The notes: generated by a model from the letters alone, not told the origin. DNA of 64,000 nucleotides from Candidatus Poribacteria bacterium (GCA_963665845.2 OY762492.1:2880001-2944000); one strand, 5' to 3'. Counted from the first letter of the stretch, positions 19,663 to 30,597 are shown. Made by a program: numbers and translations.

Positions 19663-20230
19663 GATCGCTCTTTCTTTTTTAGAATGCCGATGATGCGCAA
19701 CCGACCGCCGCTTCATTCTATAAGGAGAGCGCGCTTTTCTCAAGGGCAGGGACGTCCATTTTTGCTAATATCTTGTTCGCCAGCTCCCGAAAATCTTTGC
19801 CGGCGTCCTGAGCCGCAGCGTTATGCCATCTTACTTGACCGCTCGGATCGTCGCGAACACAAACGAGCTGTCAACTTTGAACTCAATATCAGGATGCCCC
19901 GCTGCTTGCAGCGAACGCCTTGCGGCAGGAATGCCGTATCCGGACCGCTGGGCGAAACCGAGCGCCTTCATTGTTTCCGCTAGATTCGGGTTGCGGTACG
20001 ATATATTGCCAGGCTTGCCGAAATTGTCGACCGTAACTTCGCCAAAGACTCCTCCAGGGCTGCTGATCTCAATCCGGTCGTTGTACCAGTAAACGCGGAC
20101 TGGCGCGTTGTTGCCTTCATAGGAGCGATGCATGATCGCGTTCCACACAATCTGAATCACAGCCCCATCGGATATGTATAGGTTCGAATCTCTCTCGGTC
20201 CCGATAGAATGTCAATAGAGACGCGGTTGT

Positions 20231-21052
20231 GGCAGTCTCTACAGGCGATGATTTCAAATCCATCGCTTTTTCAGAGCCACAAGCGCAATGGAGGCTTTTA
20301 ACGCCCAGAGCCGCTTTGTGTAGCCTTTGGTCTTCCGACGAAGGCGGTATAAACAGTCCCGCAAAACCGAATGTTTTGTTTCATTACGGTTCACCTCCGC
20401 GCCCTTGCCAGCCACATGCGGAAGAGGCGAAAGATAGCCGTAAACGGGATACTTGTCAGAGTAGTAACACCGTGCCGGAGGCAGACGAAACAGAAGCTTC
20501 AGAAACGTCTCTAAATCTCGATCTCCAACCTGAAAATCGAAGCTGAAAGAGCCATCATCCTGCTCTATGACAGCCGTCCAAATCCAACGAATCTTCCGAC
20601 TCGGACCCCTGCAGGCAGTCTGGTACGTGCACATCTCATCGAACGAAATCGCCCTGACCATGCGCGATGAACGCGCTTTCCTCCGTCTTTCAAGCGCCCT
20701 CTTTGCCCAGAGAAGTTTTTTTGATCCAGGAATAGATCGTCCCGGTTTTCACATTCAAAATTCGACCGATGGCGGAAACGCTGATGCCTTCGGCATACAT
20801 CAAAACCGCTTGTTGGCGCGTCTTTTCTGGATAGAAATGACGCTCGGCTGACGGCGTGTGCCGGTGATTGCACTGCCGACAAATAAAGGTTTGCTTTCCA
20901 CGGTCTTTGCCGTTCTTGACCATCCAGTCCGAGTTGCAATGGGGACACCGAATATTGTGGTCGACAATCCGCTTGACTGGCATATGCGACGACTCCTGTT
21001 GGACTCACGAATTCGGATAAATTATAGCGCATCATCGCCTGTAGAGACTGCC
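20231..21052 (-). mobile_element. IS1-family insertion sequence, 822 bp
   Basis: Perfect 22-bp TIR GGCAGTCTCTACAGGCGATGAT; 8-bp target duplication GCGGTTGT at 20223-20230 and 21053-21060. Confidence 0.95.
20254..20983 (-). CDS. IS1 transposase InsA/InsB, joined by -1 frameshift
   Basis: InsA (20690-20983): CPHC..KNG..GKQTFICRQC plus HTH; InsB (20254-20661): DEMCTY, WIWTA, YSDKYPVY, NETKHS..RLRRKT; AAAAAAAC slippery site at 20715-20722. Confidence 0.9.
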
Positions 21053-21474
21053 GCGGTTGTGGGAGTTCAACTTATCTTTTATGCGCCGCAGCGTTTCAGA
21101 AACCGTCCCGTCGATTTCCATTGCATCCACAATTTCATCGGGTATATTGAAACCGTCGATTCTTAAAAATTGGATGTAAGCGCACGGCAGGAAATATCGT
21201 GTACGCTTACCCAGCACAAGCAATCCCAAAAGCGTGGGCGTTGGGTCGTCAACGGAAGCGATCATCTTCGCCGCCGCTAGCTGCTCAGTCAAGCTTCGGT
21301 CGTCCGCCTCCAGTATTTCAGGCGCACACGCTTTAGGCAGATACTCATGCGCGAATCGAACCATGTCTAGATCGGACTGCTTAGCCATATAAATCGGGCG
21401 CAGATCGTACGGATTATACGGCTCCCGTTGTTCAGTCGTCTCGCTCATCGTCAGCATCCTCCCCCCCACAACGT

Positions 21475-22329
21475 CTACAAAGCCGCCAACAAAGCCCGCC
21501 GCATCGTCTCCACCGGCGCTTTCAGCCCCGTCCACCGCTCCAGCGCGATCGCCCCTTGGTGCGTTAGCATGCCGAGTCCGTTCAGGGTCTTGCATCCGTT
21601 TTGCGCCGCCGTTTTCAGCAGCCCTGTCTGCGGCGGCGAATAGACGATGTCGTACACCGCCAGCGGCGGACGGAGCGCGTCGGCGTCGATCGGAAGCCCA
21701 GCCGAGCCGTCCATTCCCGCGGATGTCGCGTTCACCAGAAGAGCGGTACCGTCCAGAGCCGACGCGATGCCCGCTTCCGTCAGCGGTTCCGCCCGCGCCG
21801 ACACTCCGATCGCCGCGTCTGCCTCCGCCGCAAGCGCCTCCGCCTTCTCGAAGGTGCGGTTCACGATCACAATCTCCCGCGCCTCCGCCTTCGCCAGCGC
21901 CGCCGCAACCGCGCGCGCCGCGCCGCCCGCGCCAATCACCGCCGCTTTTTTGCCGGCGGGAGGCGCGATGCCGCTCTCATCCATCGCCCGCAAAAAACCT
22001 TCCGCGTCCGTGTTGTAGCCGATGGAGCGCCCATCCTCGTGAAATAGAACCGTGTTGACCGCGCCGATAAACGCCGCCTCGCCGCTCACCTCGTCCAGCA
22101 GCGGCAGCAGGCTCTCCTTGTGCGGTATCGTCGCGTTGAAGCCGCGCGCCCCGACCGCTTGAAGACCGCGCACCGCCTCCGGCAAGCGGTCGGGAGCGAC
22201 CGGAAACGGCGCGTAAACCCAGTCCAGCCCCAGCTCCGCAATCGCCGCGTTATGCATCGCCGGCGACAGCGTATGCGACACAGGGTATCCGATCACCCCG
22301 ACAAGCCGCGTCTTTCCGGTGATTCTCAT
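21475..22329 (-). CDS. aroE: Shikimate dehydrogenase
   Basis: GYPVSHTLSPAMHN, NATIPHK, GAVNT, GYNTD, GAGGAA, NRT. Confidence 0.95.
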   Translation of the reverse strand: MRITGKTRLVGVIGYPVSHTLSPAMHNAAIAELGLDWVYAPFPVAPDRLPEAVRGLQAVGARGFNATIPHKESLLPLLDEVSGEAAFIGAVNTVLFHEDGRSIGYNTDAEGFLRAMDESGIAPPAGKKAAVIGAGGAARAVAAALAKAEAREIVIVNRTFEKAEALAAEADAAIGVSARAEPLTEAGIASALDGTALLVNATSAGMDGSAGLPIDADALRPPLAVYDIVYSPPQTGLLKTAAQNGCKTLNGLGMLTHQGAIALERWTGLKAPVETMRRALLAAL

Positions 22330-25300
22330 TCCGCGTCCAGCAGCCTTTCAACGCGCCGGCGAGCCTCCTCCATCTTCGGATAGCGCACCTCTCGATACCC
22401 GCGCGCCTCCTCCGGACACTCCAGCACTTCCGTCATGCGCCTGTAGCCCGCCTCGTCCTCGTAGGCGAACCGCTCCACCAGACCGATATACCAGTCCCGA
22501 AACTCTTTCTCTCTGCGGTGCCAAGACGGCATCCAGCGGCGCAAAAATTTCATCCGCCGCATCATGCGCAATTGCCAGTTGCGCGTGTTCATATTGAACG
22601 CGATGTCCTTGCCGAGTATCGTGAACACGGGGCGGTTCAGATGCAGATACCGCAGCCGATCGCCGTTGGCGCGGTTGATGTTGTAACGCGCCTCGTCGCG
22701 CCGCCGCTTCTCCTCGCTGGTCAACAGATGCGACACATAAATCTCATCCTTGATGCACATGACCTTGTGCAGATAACGGATCGCCGCTTTCGTCGCCGCC
22801 AACCCGTATTCAAGCGCGTCTTTCTGGTACATGTCCAGAACCAGATCGGCATACCGACGCGCGTAGTCAACATTTTCAAACTGAACGAGATCGTATGCGC
22901 GGATCGCAAAGTGGCGCCGCTCCTCGTCGTCCAGCGCCTCCATTTTCGCCGCCGATTCTTCAACCAGCTGGCGGTAGCGTTGCGCGGTTCGCGCGTTTTG
23001 GTCTTGGGTTAAAATCGCGGTTTTGTCGGCAAGCGCCTCGGCGTAATCGGGCGCCTCCTCCTCCGCAAAACGTTCAGGCTCCAGAACAATCAGCCGCCCG
23101 ATGTTGAAAGCGTTCATATTCGTCTCAAGGTCGTACCGCGGGACGCTGTTCTGAACCGCCCAGATCAGATTGTCCAGATCGAATGGAAGAAGCCCGCGCT
23201 GATACGCCGCGCCCAGCATCATCAGGTTGCCGTAGATCTTGTTGCCGAGATGCGTTTCGGAGATGTCAAAAAAGTCGGCGGCGAGAAACCCGTCCGGACG
23301 CGCCCTGCTCTCCAGCAGATGAACCGCCCCCTCCGCGTCCGATTCCTCCCGCCCGATGAGCATCGGAATCGTTTCCGTTTCCGACCTGTTTAAAATGACC
23401 GCCGTTCTGTCCGGCGACGCGATCCGAACGGCGCCGCGCGTGTCGGCGGCGCGCGCCGCTTCCAGCGGATCCATCCCCAAGATCACATCCGCCTTGCCCG
23501 CCGGTATCAGGGTTGAGACGACCGTCTCCTTCGACTTTGTGAAAAGCATGTGCGCATAGACGCCGCCGTTGCGTATCGCCAGCCCTTTCTTGTCGCAAAA
23601 GTGAACCTGATACCCCTCTTTATAGCCCGCCAGCGCCAGAGCCGCCGAAATGACGCCGATCCCCATGCCGCCGACTCCCGCTGAATAGACGCAGTAGGAA
23701 TCGTCAAAATCGAGGCGGGGCGGGTCCGCCTCCACCGCCGTCGGAAGGCTCGGCAGCGCCGGCGGCCCCTTCCGATGCACAACAACCCGCTCAAACGACG
23801 GGCAATGCTTGCCTTTGACGCACGCCTCGTCCGCGACGCACTTCGACAGGTCGGTCTCCACCTTCTTTCCGTAATCGGTGTCGGTGAATTTCAGGGCGGG
23901 GCAGCCGGTCGCCATGGTGCATTCCAAGCAGAATTCGCACACTTCTGGGGTGACGTTGATATGCGTTTCCTTCGGCAGATACCCTTTTTTCTTCACAATC
24001 TGCCGCTTTTCGCGCCGCAGCTTGCGGTGATGGGTGATGCCGCATTCTTTGTCGGCGATGATGAATTTGACGCCGTCCTGCAGGATCGCCCGCTCCAGCA
24101 GCGCCCTGTACGCCTCATGGTCGCCTGGATGCGCGCCGATGATGAGTATATCGTCGGCGCCGGCCAAACCGCGCAGCGCCGCCTCAATGTCCTGCGTCCG
24201 CGTCGGCTCGCCCATCAGATCGTATTCCAGCCCTGGCGTTGTCTGATGCCCCGTCATCCCGGTCGTTTTGTTGTCTAGGAGAATGTACGTGATGTCCTGG
24301 TTGTGCTTGATCGAGTCGGAGATGCCGGCAAGCCCGCTGTGAAAAAAGGTAGAATCGCCCATGAACACAATCTGCTTGTTCGTGATGAACGGATCCGCCC
24401 CGGCGCCCGCCCCTCCGCCGCCAAGACCCATGCCGGACAGGTTATGCATCAGGTTGTCGAACGGCTCATACAGAAACATGCTGTAACAGCCGATGTCCCC
24501 ATGAAAGACAAGGTTGATCGGATCGACGCCGTGCGTCTTGCGCATATACTCTGGGTCTTTGAAATCCTGAACGATGCGCTCCAGCAGCGTACCCGAATCG
24601 CGGTGCGGACATCCTGGACAAAAGCCGGGCGTCCGAGACGGCAGCACCGGCAGCTGCATCGCCTCAAAATCGGCGCCCTTCGGTTTCAGTTCCGGCGGGG
24701 GCGCCTTCAGCAGCGACTCCTCATAATTGAGACGCGCGGGATCCATTCCGATCTCCGGGAACGCCCGAAACAGCGGTATCAACCGTTCCAGAACGTTCGT
24801 CGGGTCCAAACCCAGCACGGACGGAAAACCTTCTACGCCGCGCGGCAGCTGCTTTCCCCATACCGGCGGAAGGCGCATGCTTTCATCCCGCTGCTTCAGA
24901 TCGGCGAAGAGCGTTTTGATCTGCCCCTCCAAGAGAGGACGCCGCTCCTCCACCACAACGATATTCTCCGTCAGCTCGGCAAACTCTAGAACGGTCGCCT
25001 CGTCCAACGGGTAGGTGATCCCCATCTTCAACAGCGGAAACGACCCTTGCGCGCCCAGCTCATGCAGCGCATGCTGAAGATACAGATAGGCGCCGCCCGC
25101 CGCGACGAAACCGATCGGCGCCCCCCGGCGCGGATTCTCGATGCGGTTCAGGCGCAGCTCCCGCGCCCGGCGCAGCAGTTCGGGGAAACGCCGCTCCGTG
25201 ACATCGATCTCCATCTTCGCCGTCCCCGGCGGCAAGATAATCCGCTCCTCTTTGACAATCTCGGTCGGGTCCAACGTCGCCTGCTGTTCTGGGGTAACCT

Positions 25301-25877
25301 CCAGCGGCGGATGCGGGAACAGCTCCACAATGCTTCCGCCGTCCGCCTGATGCGTCGTGATGATATAGGCGATATACAGGTTCGTTTCCGCCGACAGCTC
25401 AAACGCCGTGTCGATCCAGTCCTTCAGCTCCTGAAACGTCGCCGGCTCCATGACCGGCATGAACAGATGCTGCGCCAGATAACGCGAATCGGTCGGCACC
25501 TGCGTCGAGTTGGAATGCGGGTCTTCGCCCATGACGGCGATGGCGCCGCCGATGGCTCCCGCCATGTTGCTGATGGCGAGCGCGTCGCTGGCGACATGGA
25601 CGCCGACGCTTTTCATGACGGTCATGGCGCGCAGGTTCGCCATCTGCGCCCCGTTCAGCCGGGCGGCTCCGAGCGCCTCGTTGTTCGCCAGTTGAGCGAG
25701 AACGCCGCGCTCCTTCAGCTGCTGTCCGTGCCGTTCGATGATGTCAAAAAACTCGGATACGGGCGAACCTGGGTAGCCTGTTAAAAGATTTGCTTTACCT
25801 TCCAAAGCCCCTTTCACCAGCAGTTCGCATCCGGTGTAGATGTTGCGTCCGTCTTCTTGGAACAGTCGACTCGGCAT
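22326..25877 (-). CDS. Fused indolepyruvate:ferredoxin oxidoreductase family protein
   Basis: GYPGSP, RTPGFCPGCPH, GDIGCY, MGDSTFFHSG TPP motif, ferredoxin CEFC..C, GVGGMG gamma domain, DUF6537-like end. Confidence 0.9.
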   Translation of the reverse strand: MPSRLFQEDGRNIYTGCELLVKGALEGKANLLTGYPGSPVSEFFDIIERHGQQLKERGVLAQLANNEALGAARLNGAQMANLRAMTVMKSVGVHVASDALAISNMAGAIGGAIAVMGEDPHSNSTQVPTDSRYLAQHLFMPVMEPATFQELKDWIDTAFELSAETNLYIAYIITTHQADGGSIVELFPHPPLEVTPEQQATLDPTEIVKEERIILPPGTAKMEIDVTERRFPELLRRARELRLNRIENPRRGAPIGFVAAGGAYLYLQHALHELGAQGSFPLLKMGITYPLDEATVLEFAELTENIVVVEERRPLLEGQIKTLFADLKQRDESMRLPPVWGKQLPRGVEGFPSVLGLDPTNVLERLIPLFRAFPEIGMDPARLNYEESLLKAPPPELKPKGADFEAMQLPVLPSRTPGFCPGCPHRDSGTLLERIVQDFKDPEYMRKTHGVDPINLVFHGDIGCYSMFLYEPFDNLMHNLSGMGLGGGGAGAGADPFITNKQIVFMGDSTFFHSGLAGISDSIKHNQDITYILLDNKTTGMTGHQTTPGLEYDLMGEPTRTQDIEAALRGLAGADDILIIGAHPGDHEAYRALLERAILQDGVKFIIADKECGITHHRKLRREKRQIVKKKGYLPKETHINVTPEVCEFCLECTMATGCPALKFTDTDYGKKVETDLSKCVADEACVKGKHCPSFERVVVHRKGPPALPSLPTAVEADPPRLDFDDSYCVYSAGVGGMGIGVISAALALAGYKEGYQVHFCDKKGLAIRNGGVYAHMLFTKSKETVVSTLIPAGKADVILGMDPLEAARAADTRGAVRIASPDRTAVILNRSETETIPMLIGREESDAEGAVHLLESRARPDGFLAADFFDISETHLGNKIYGNLMMLGAAYQRGLLPFDLDNLIWAVQNSVPRYDLETNMNAFNIGRLIVLEPERFAEEEAPDYAEALADKTAILTQDQNARTAQRYRQLVEESAAKMEALDDEERRHFAIRAYDLVQFENVDYARRYADLVLDMYQKDALEYGLAATKAAIRYLHKVMCIKDEIYVSHLLTSEEKRRRDEARYNINRANGDRLRYLHLNRPVFTILGKDIAFNMNTRNWQLRMMRRMKFLRRWMPSWHRREKEFRDWYIGLVERFAYEDEAGYRRMTEVLECPEEARGYREVRYPKMEEARRRVERLLDAE

Positions 25878-27607
25878 TATTCCTCTTTTCCAGCCCGAAG
25901 GCTCGATACGGCGCGTTTCAATAAGTTGACGGCATGGGCATGGCTCGTGTCGGCGTCGCCTCCCAGCATATGCGCCAGTTCGGAGACGCGGCTGCCGTCG
26001 TCTAAGAGAAAAGCGGCGGCGGTCGTCCGCTCTCCTGTTTCGTTCTTTTCGACATGGAAATGCCGGTCGGCCATGGCGGCGATCTGGGGCGAATGGGTGA
26101 CGCAGATTGTTTGCCGCTGGTTGGAGAGCTGGCGCAGTTTCTCGCCGACCATCGCCGCCGCGGCGCCGCCGATGCCGGCGTCCACCTCGTCAAACACCAA
26201 TGTCGAGACGGTGTCCACCTCCGCCAAGACGGTCTTCAGCGCCAACGTGACGCGGGAGAGTTCGCCCCCGGAGGCGATCTGCGCAAGACCTTTCGGCTCA
26301 ATGCCGACATTCGGAGCGATCAAAAACTGCACTTTATCCATTCCGCTGCGCGTCAATTGATACCGAACGCCGCCGATTCGAACCAACCCTGAACTGGACT
26401 CTTCATGAACAGCCTCCACTGCAAAACGCGCTTTCGGCATGCCGAGGTCGCGCAGTATCGGCTGCGTCTGCTTTTCAAGATCGACCGCCGCCTCTCTCCG
26501 CCGCTCCGACAGCTGACGCGCCGCTTCGGTCGCTTCCGCCAACGCCGCGCGCAGCGCCTCTTTCACTTTAACCGTCCGGTCGGCGGCCGTCTCGATATTG
26601 TTGAGACGCTCCTCCGCCTTCCGCTGGTACTGAAGTATAGCGGGTATTGCGCCTCCGTACTTGCGCTTTAGTAAAAAGATTTGGCTCAAACGCGCTTCGA
26701 TCTCCTCAAGCCGCCCTGTTCCGCTCTCCAACGGCGACGCATGTTTGCGAAGCTGCAGCCCCGCGTCTTCCAGCTCATGCAGAAGCGATTCGATGCGCGC
26801 CTCGATCGGTTGAACGGACGGATCCAGCTCGCGCAGCTCCTGCAGCTCCGACAACGATTGCCGAATCTGATCCGACGCGGACGATTCGCTCTCCATCAGC
26901 CGACCCGACACCGAATGCGCAAGCTCCTCGATTCTTTCGGCGTTCATTAAGCGCCGGCGCTCCGTTTCAAGCCGCTCATCCTCGCCAGGCTGGAGAGCGG
27001 CGCCGCGCAGCTCGGCGATCTCATGCTCCGTCCGCTCCCGTTCGCGCTCCGCCGCCGCCGCCGCTTCGTTCAACGCCGACAGCTCCGCCCGCAGCGCGCT
27101 GAACCGGTCATACGCTTCTCTCACCCGCTGACGCAAAGCGCCGGCGCCGGCGAAAGCGTCCAGCAGCTCCATATGCGTACTCAACTGAAACAGCGACTGC
27201 CGCTCATGCTGACCGTGTATATCAACCCATTCGTCTCCCAGCGTTTTCAAAAGGCTGTTCGTTACCATGCGCCCGTTGAGCAGCGCGCGGCTTCGTCCGC
27301 TCGCATAGACGCGCCTTGAGGCGATGAACGGCTCTCCGTCGCTCCATTCGATGCCGGCGTCTTGCAGCGCCTGGCATGTTTCGCTTCCCAGGTCGGGCGC
27401 CTCAAAAGACGCCTCAACATGGGCAAAATCGGCGCCCGCGCGCGCCATATCGGAGTTCGCTTTCTCACCTGTAATCAGACCCAGCGCGCCCAGGATGATC
27501 GACTTCCCCGCCCCTGTTTCTCCTGTCAACACGTTCATGCCGTCGGTAAATTCCAGCTCGGCGTTTTCAATGAGAACCAGGTTTTGAATGCGCAGTTCCA
27601 GCAGCAT
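25877..27607 (-). CDS. recN: DNA repair protein RecN
   Basis: LTGETGAGKS, DIHGQH, ASGGELSR, FDEVDAGIGG, CVTHSPQIAA. Confidence 0.96.
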   Translation of the reverse strand: MLLELRIQNLVLIENAELEFTDGMNVLTGETGAGKSIILGALGLITGEKANSDMARAGADFAHVEASFEAPDLGSETCQALQDAGIEWSDGEPFIASRRVYASGRSRALLNGRMVTNSLLKTLGDEWVDIHGQHERQSLFQLSTHMELLDAFAGAGALRQRVREAYDRFSALRAELSALNEAAAAAERERERTEHEIAELRGAALQPGEDERLETERRRLMNAERIEELAHSVSGRLMESESSASDQIRQSLSELQELRELDPSVQPIEARIESLLHELEDAGLQLRKHASPLESGTGRLEEIEARLSQIFLLKRKYGGAIPAILQYQRKAEERLNNIETAADRTVKVKEALRAALAEATEAARQLSERRREAAVDLEKQTQPILRDLGMPKARFAVEAVHEESSSGLVRIGGVRYQLTRSGMDKVQFLIAPNVGIEPKGLAQIASGGELSRVTLALKTVLAEVDTVSTLVFDEVDAGIGGAAAAMVGEKLRQLSNQRQTICVTHSPQIAAMADRHFHVEKNETGERTTAAAFLLDDGSRVSELAHMLGGDADTSHAHAVNLLKRAVSSLRAGKEE

Positions 27608-27610
27608 CGT

Positions 27611-28468
27611 TCATCCCCGCAGCAGTTTGGCGCGCAGCACGGCGTAAAAATCGCGTTTGCGCGAACGCACCAGAGCGATTGTTTTGGAAGCGCGCCGCAC
27701 CCGCACAACGCTGCCTTCTTTGAGAGGCAGCTGCTCCTGCCCGTCCGCGCGAAGCGCGCCGCTCGGCGCCTTCGACATAACAGCGATCTCCACGCGCGCG
27801 CCGCCGGGAACCGCCATGGGACGCATGCCCAGCGTGAACGGCGAAATCGGCGTCAAAATGATCGCGTCGCAATTTGGATGCATGATCGGACCGCCCGCCG
27901 CGACCGAATAGGCGGTGGAGCCTGTCGGCGTCGCGACAATCATGCCGTCCGCCCGTATCGTGAAAGGACTCTCGTCGTTCACCTGTATCTGAAGCGCGAT
28001 GAGATGCGCGTTGTCCCTGATGACAAGGTCGTTCAGCGCGGAGCCGCGGATCATTTCGCGGTCGTCGCTTACCATCTCGTAATGGAGCATCCACCGTTCG
28101 TCCGTTTCATAATCGCCTTCCAGAACGCGCAGGAGGGCGGGATTCATCTCGGCGCGGGTTACGGAGGTCAAAAAGCCAAGGTTGCCGAGGTTGACCGCCA
28201 AAATGGGGATGTTGCCGGAACCGGCGGCGCGCGCGACGCCGAGCAGCGTTCCGTCCCCGCCTAGAGTCGCGAGCAGATCCGCCGCCGCAATGACCGATTC
28301 CAGCGGCTCCGCGCCGTTTATTCGATGGTCCGCGCCGGGCGCGTTCACGGCTCCAACAGAGGAGCTTAGCCCCTTTGAAGCGAGCCAGACCTGCGTTTCC
28401 TGCGCGGCGGCGGCCGCTTCAGGTATTGCAGGATTCACGATGATGCCGACATGTCGAAAACCGCTCAA
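27611..28468 (-). CDS. nadK: NAD+ kinase
   Basis: GGDGTLL, GNLGFL, LND, DGMIVATPTGSTAYS. Confidence 0.95.
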   Translation of the reverse strand: MSGFRHVGIIVNPAIPEAAAAAQETQVWLASKGLSSSVGAVNAPGADHRINGAEPLESVIAAADLLATLGGDGTLLGVARAAGSGNIPILAVNLGNLGFLTSVTRAEMNPALLRVLEGDYETDERWMLHYEMVSDDREMIRGSALNDLVIRDNAHLIALQIQVNDESPFTIRADGMIVATPTGSTAYSVAAGGPIMHPNCDAIILTPISPFTLGMRPMAVPGGARVEIAVMSKAPSGALRADGQEQLPLKEGSVVRVRRASKTIALVRSRKRDFYAVLRAKLLRG

Positions 28469-29103
28469 AACAACGCCTTCACCGCTATAAAACCGAGTAT
28501 CAGCAGCGCCGCAAACGCCACCGCCAGTATGTCAAAATATCGGTCGACCCAGGGCATCACCCTCGGACCGACGATGCGGACGACGCCGGCGACCAAGAAG
28601 AAACGCCCGCCCCGCCCGATGACCGACGCGCCGAGAAGGATCGGCAGCCCGACGGTCGCGTTCAACCCCGCCGCAATCGTGAACACTTTATAGGGGATTG
28701 GCGTAAAACCTGCAACCATGATCCATCCGGCGGCGCTTTCTTGATAGTATGCTAGAACCGTCTCCACCTTGCCGCCGATGTGGAGCGTCTCCAGAATCGC
28801 TTTTCCAATTGTATCGTAAAAAAGATACCCGATGTACCAGCCGAGAACCGCGCCGAGAACGGAGCCGATCGTACAGATGAGCGCGAACCAAAGCGCCCGG
28901 CGGGGCGCCGACGCCGCCAACGGAAGCAGAAGGACGTCCGGCGGTATAGGAAAAAAGGACGACTCCACAAACGCGACGCCAAACAGCCACCAAGACGCAT
29001 ACGGCGATTCGGCTAAAAGCTCCACGCGCCGCTTCATACGGCGCAGCCAGCCGAAAAAACCGCGGCGCTGGACAGGGTCGGGGGATGTTGGCGGTTGAGT
29101 CAT
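28465..29103 (-). CDS. YqaA/DedA (VTT domain) membrane protein
   Basis: AFVESSFFPIPPD, GFTPIPYKVFTIAAG, GRGGRFF. Confidence 0.9.
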   Translation of the reverse strand: MTQPPTSPDPVQRRGFFGWLRRMKRRVELLAESPYASWWLFGVAFVESSFFPIPPDVLLLPLAASAPRRALWFALICTIGSVLGAVLGWYIGYLFYDTIGKAILETLHIGGKVETVLAYYQESAAGWIMVAGFTPIPYKVFTIAAGLNATVGLPILLGASVIGRGGRFFLVAGVVRIVGPRVMPWVDRYFDILAVAFAALLILGFIAVKALF

Positions 29104-29148
29104 GTTTCCGCCCTTTTGCTGCGAGTTGTCCCGTTCATGCATTTCTTT

Positions 29149-30597
29149 CTAAAACAGGTTCAAGGTTTGATCGAGAACTTTGCCGGTGTACGGGTTTGTC
29201 ATGACGGGCATATCCGGACGCTTTTTGTTGAAATAGTCGCGTATCGACCAGAGCTGCAGGCGTCCGTATTCTACGCCGAGAACAGACGCCTTCCCGCACT
29301 TTGCCGCTTCCGCCCGCGCCTCTCTTGAGGCGACAGGGTCAAGCGTAATGAAGCAGCCGACCGCCGCCTTGTCGCGATTCAGAACGCCGATAAAGTCGCG
29401 CAGCGCGCTAAGGCTGAACCGCCCGCCCTTCACCTGCGCAAGCGCCAAGCGCGAGTCGATGTTGTCAGGTTTATGCGCCAATGTCGCCCTGCCGTCAATG
29501 CCCTTGTCGCCGACCTTCTTCGTGTTCGGCGCGAAACCTGGCAGCCGTGTGATCGCCCACGACTCAAAATCGAACGGTTTCTCCCGAGCCAGCATGCGCG
29601 CGGAAGCCATGTCGAACGGCATGCCCCTCGCCGGTATGCTCGGATCTTTCAAACGCACATTGCGGATGAGGTCGATAGCGAGGGAGGAGATGTCGATGCC
29701 CGCCCAGCGCCTGTTGAGACGCATTGCCGCTTCGATGGCCGTTCCGCAGCCGCAGAACGGGTCTAATACGACATCCTCCTCATTGCTGCTCGCCTTCACG
29801 ATCCGCTCCAACAGAGCGAGCGGCTTCTGCGTCGGATAATTCAAAAACTCCTTCGATGAGGAATGCTGCTGAAACGACATAATATCTGACCAGACAGAGG
29901 TCAACGCCACCCCAGGCGTCTCGTCAAGATACTGGCGGCGGCCGCCGGGGCGGTCGGAGCGGTAACGCCGTCCGTCTTCGTCTGCCTTGTTGAATCGCGC
30001 GATGTACTCTGGCTTATGCGGCGTATAATGTTTATTGAAAACAAAGCGCGACCGATCGTTCACATAATAAAAGATGGTGTCATGCCCGCGAATGTATCCA
30101 TGAACCGCCGATTTGTAACCCGACGCTGTTTGGAGATTCCAGATAATTTCCCGTCGGAAGTTGCGTTTGCCGAAGACCGCGTCCATGACGACTTTAAGAT
30201 AATGGCTCGCTGTCGGGTCGCAATGCAGGTAGATGGAGCCGGTCGGCTTCAAGAGGCGGCGCATATGTTCAAGGCGTTCCGCCATGTAGGTTATATACGC
30301 CAGCATGCCGCTCTCGCCCAGAACATGGTAAAGCCCAACAACTGCCTCATGCGCCGGCCGGGCGGCCGCGTCTCTAAACGCCGCATACCGTTCCACAGAG
30401 GCCGCGTCCCAATGCCAGGTGTCGTTGAACGCGCGGTACTGCGCCTTTTCCCCGTTGTCGACGGCGTTGGAGAAAAGGATGTTGTAGTTTGCGTTGGAGT
30501 TGAACGGCGGATCCAGATAGATCAGGTCGACGCATTCGTCCGCCCACTGCTCCATCCATTCGAGGCAGTCGCCGTAATATAAGGTGTTCAGCTCCAT
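29149..30597 (-). CDS. N6/N4 DNA methyltransferase (beta order) fused to Mrr-like nuclease domain, copy C
   Basis: LDPPF motif IV, variable TRD, YPTQKP, LDPFCGCGT motif I, C-terminal DKGIDG...QVK; start MELN at 30597. Confidence 0.92.
   Translation of the reverse strand: MELNTLYYGDCLEWMEQWADECVDLIYLDPPFNSNANYNILFSNAVDNGEKAQYRAFNDTWHWDAASVERYAAFRDAAARPAHEAVVGLYHVLGESGMLAYITYMAERLEHMRRLLKPTGSIYLHCDPTASHYLKVVMDAVFGKRNFRREIIWNLQTASGYKSAVHGYIRGHDTIFYYVNDRSRFVFNKHYTPHKPEYIARFNKADEDGRRYRSDRPGGRRQYLDETPGVALTSVWSDIMSFQQHSSSKEFLNYPTQKPLALLERIVKASSNEEDVVLDPFCGCGTAIEAAMRLNRRWAGIDISSLAIDLIRNVRLKDPSIPARGMPFDMASARMLAREKPFDFESWAITRLPGFAPNTKKVGDKGIDGRATLAHKPDNIDSRLALAQVKGGRFSLSALRDFIGVLNRDKAAVGCFITLDPVASREARAEAAKCGKASVLGVEYGRLQLWSIRDYFNKKRPDMPVMTNPYTGKVLDQTLNLF

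Larger units (their letters stand above)
19831..21451 (-). pseudogene. ATP-binding protein (HATPase_c_4, RecG C-terminal-like family) interrupted by IS1
   Basis: 5' part PTPTLLGLLVLG...AYIQFLRIDG; 3' part NAIMHRSY...DRIEISSPGG...YRNPNLAE; IS1 in the middle plus a frameshift near 20165. Confidence 0.85.
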
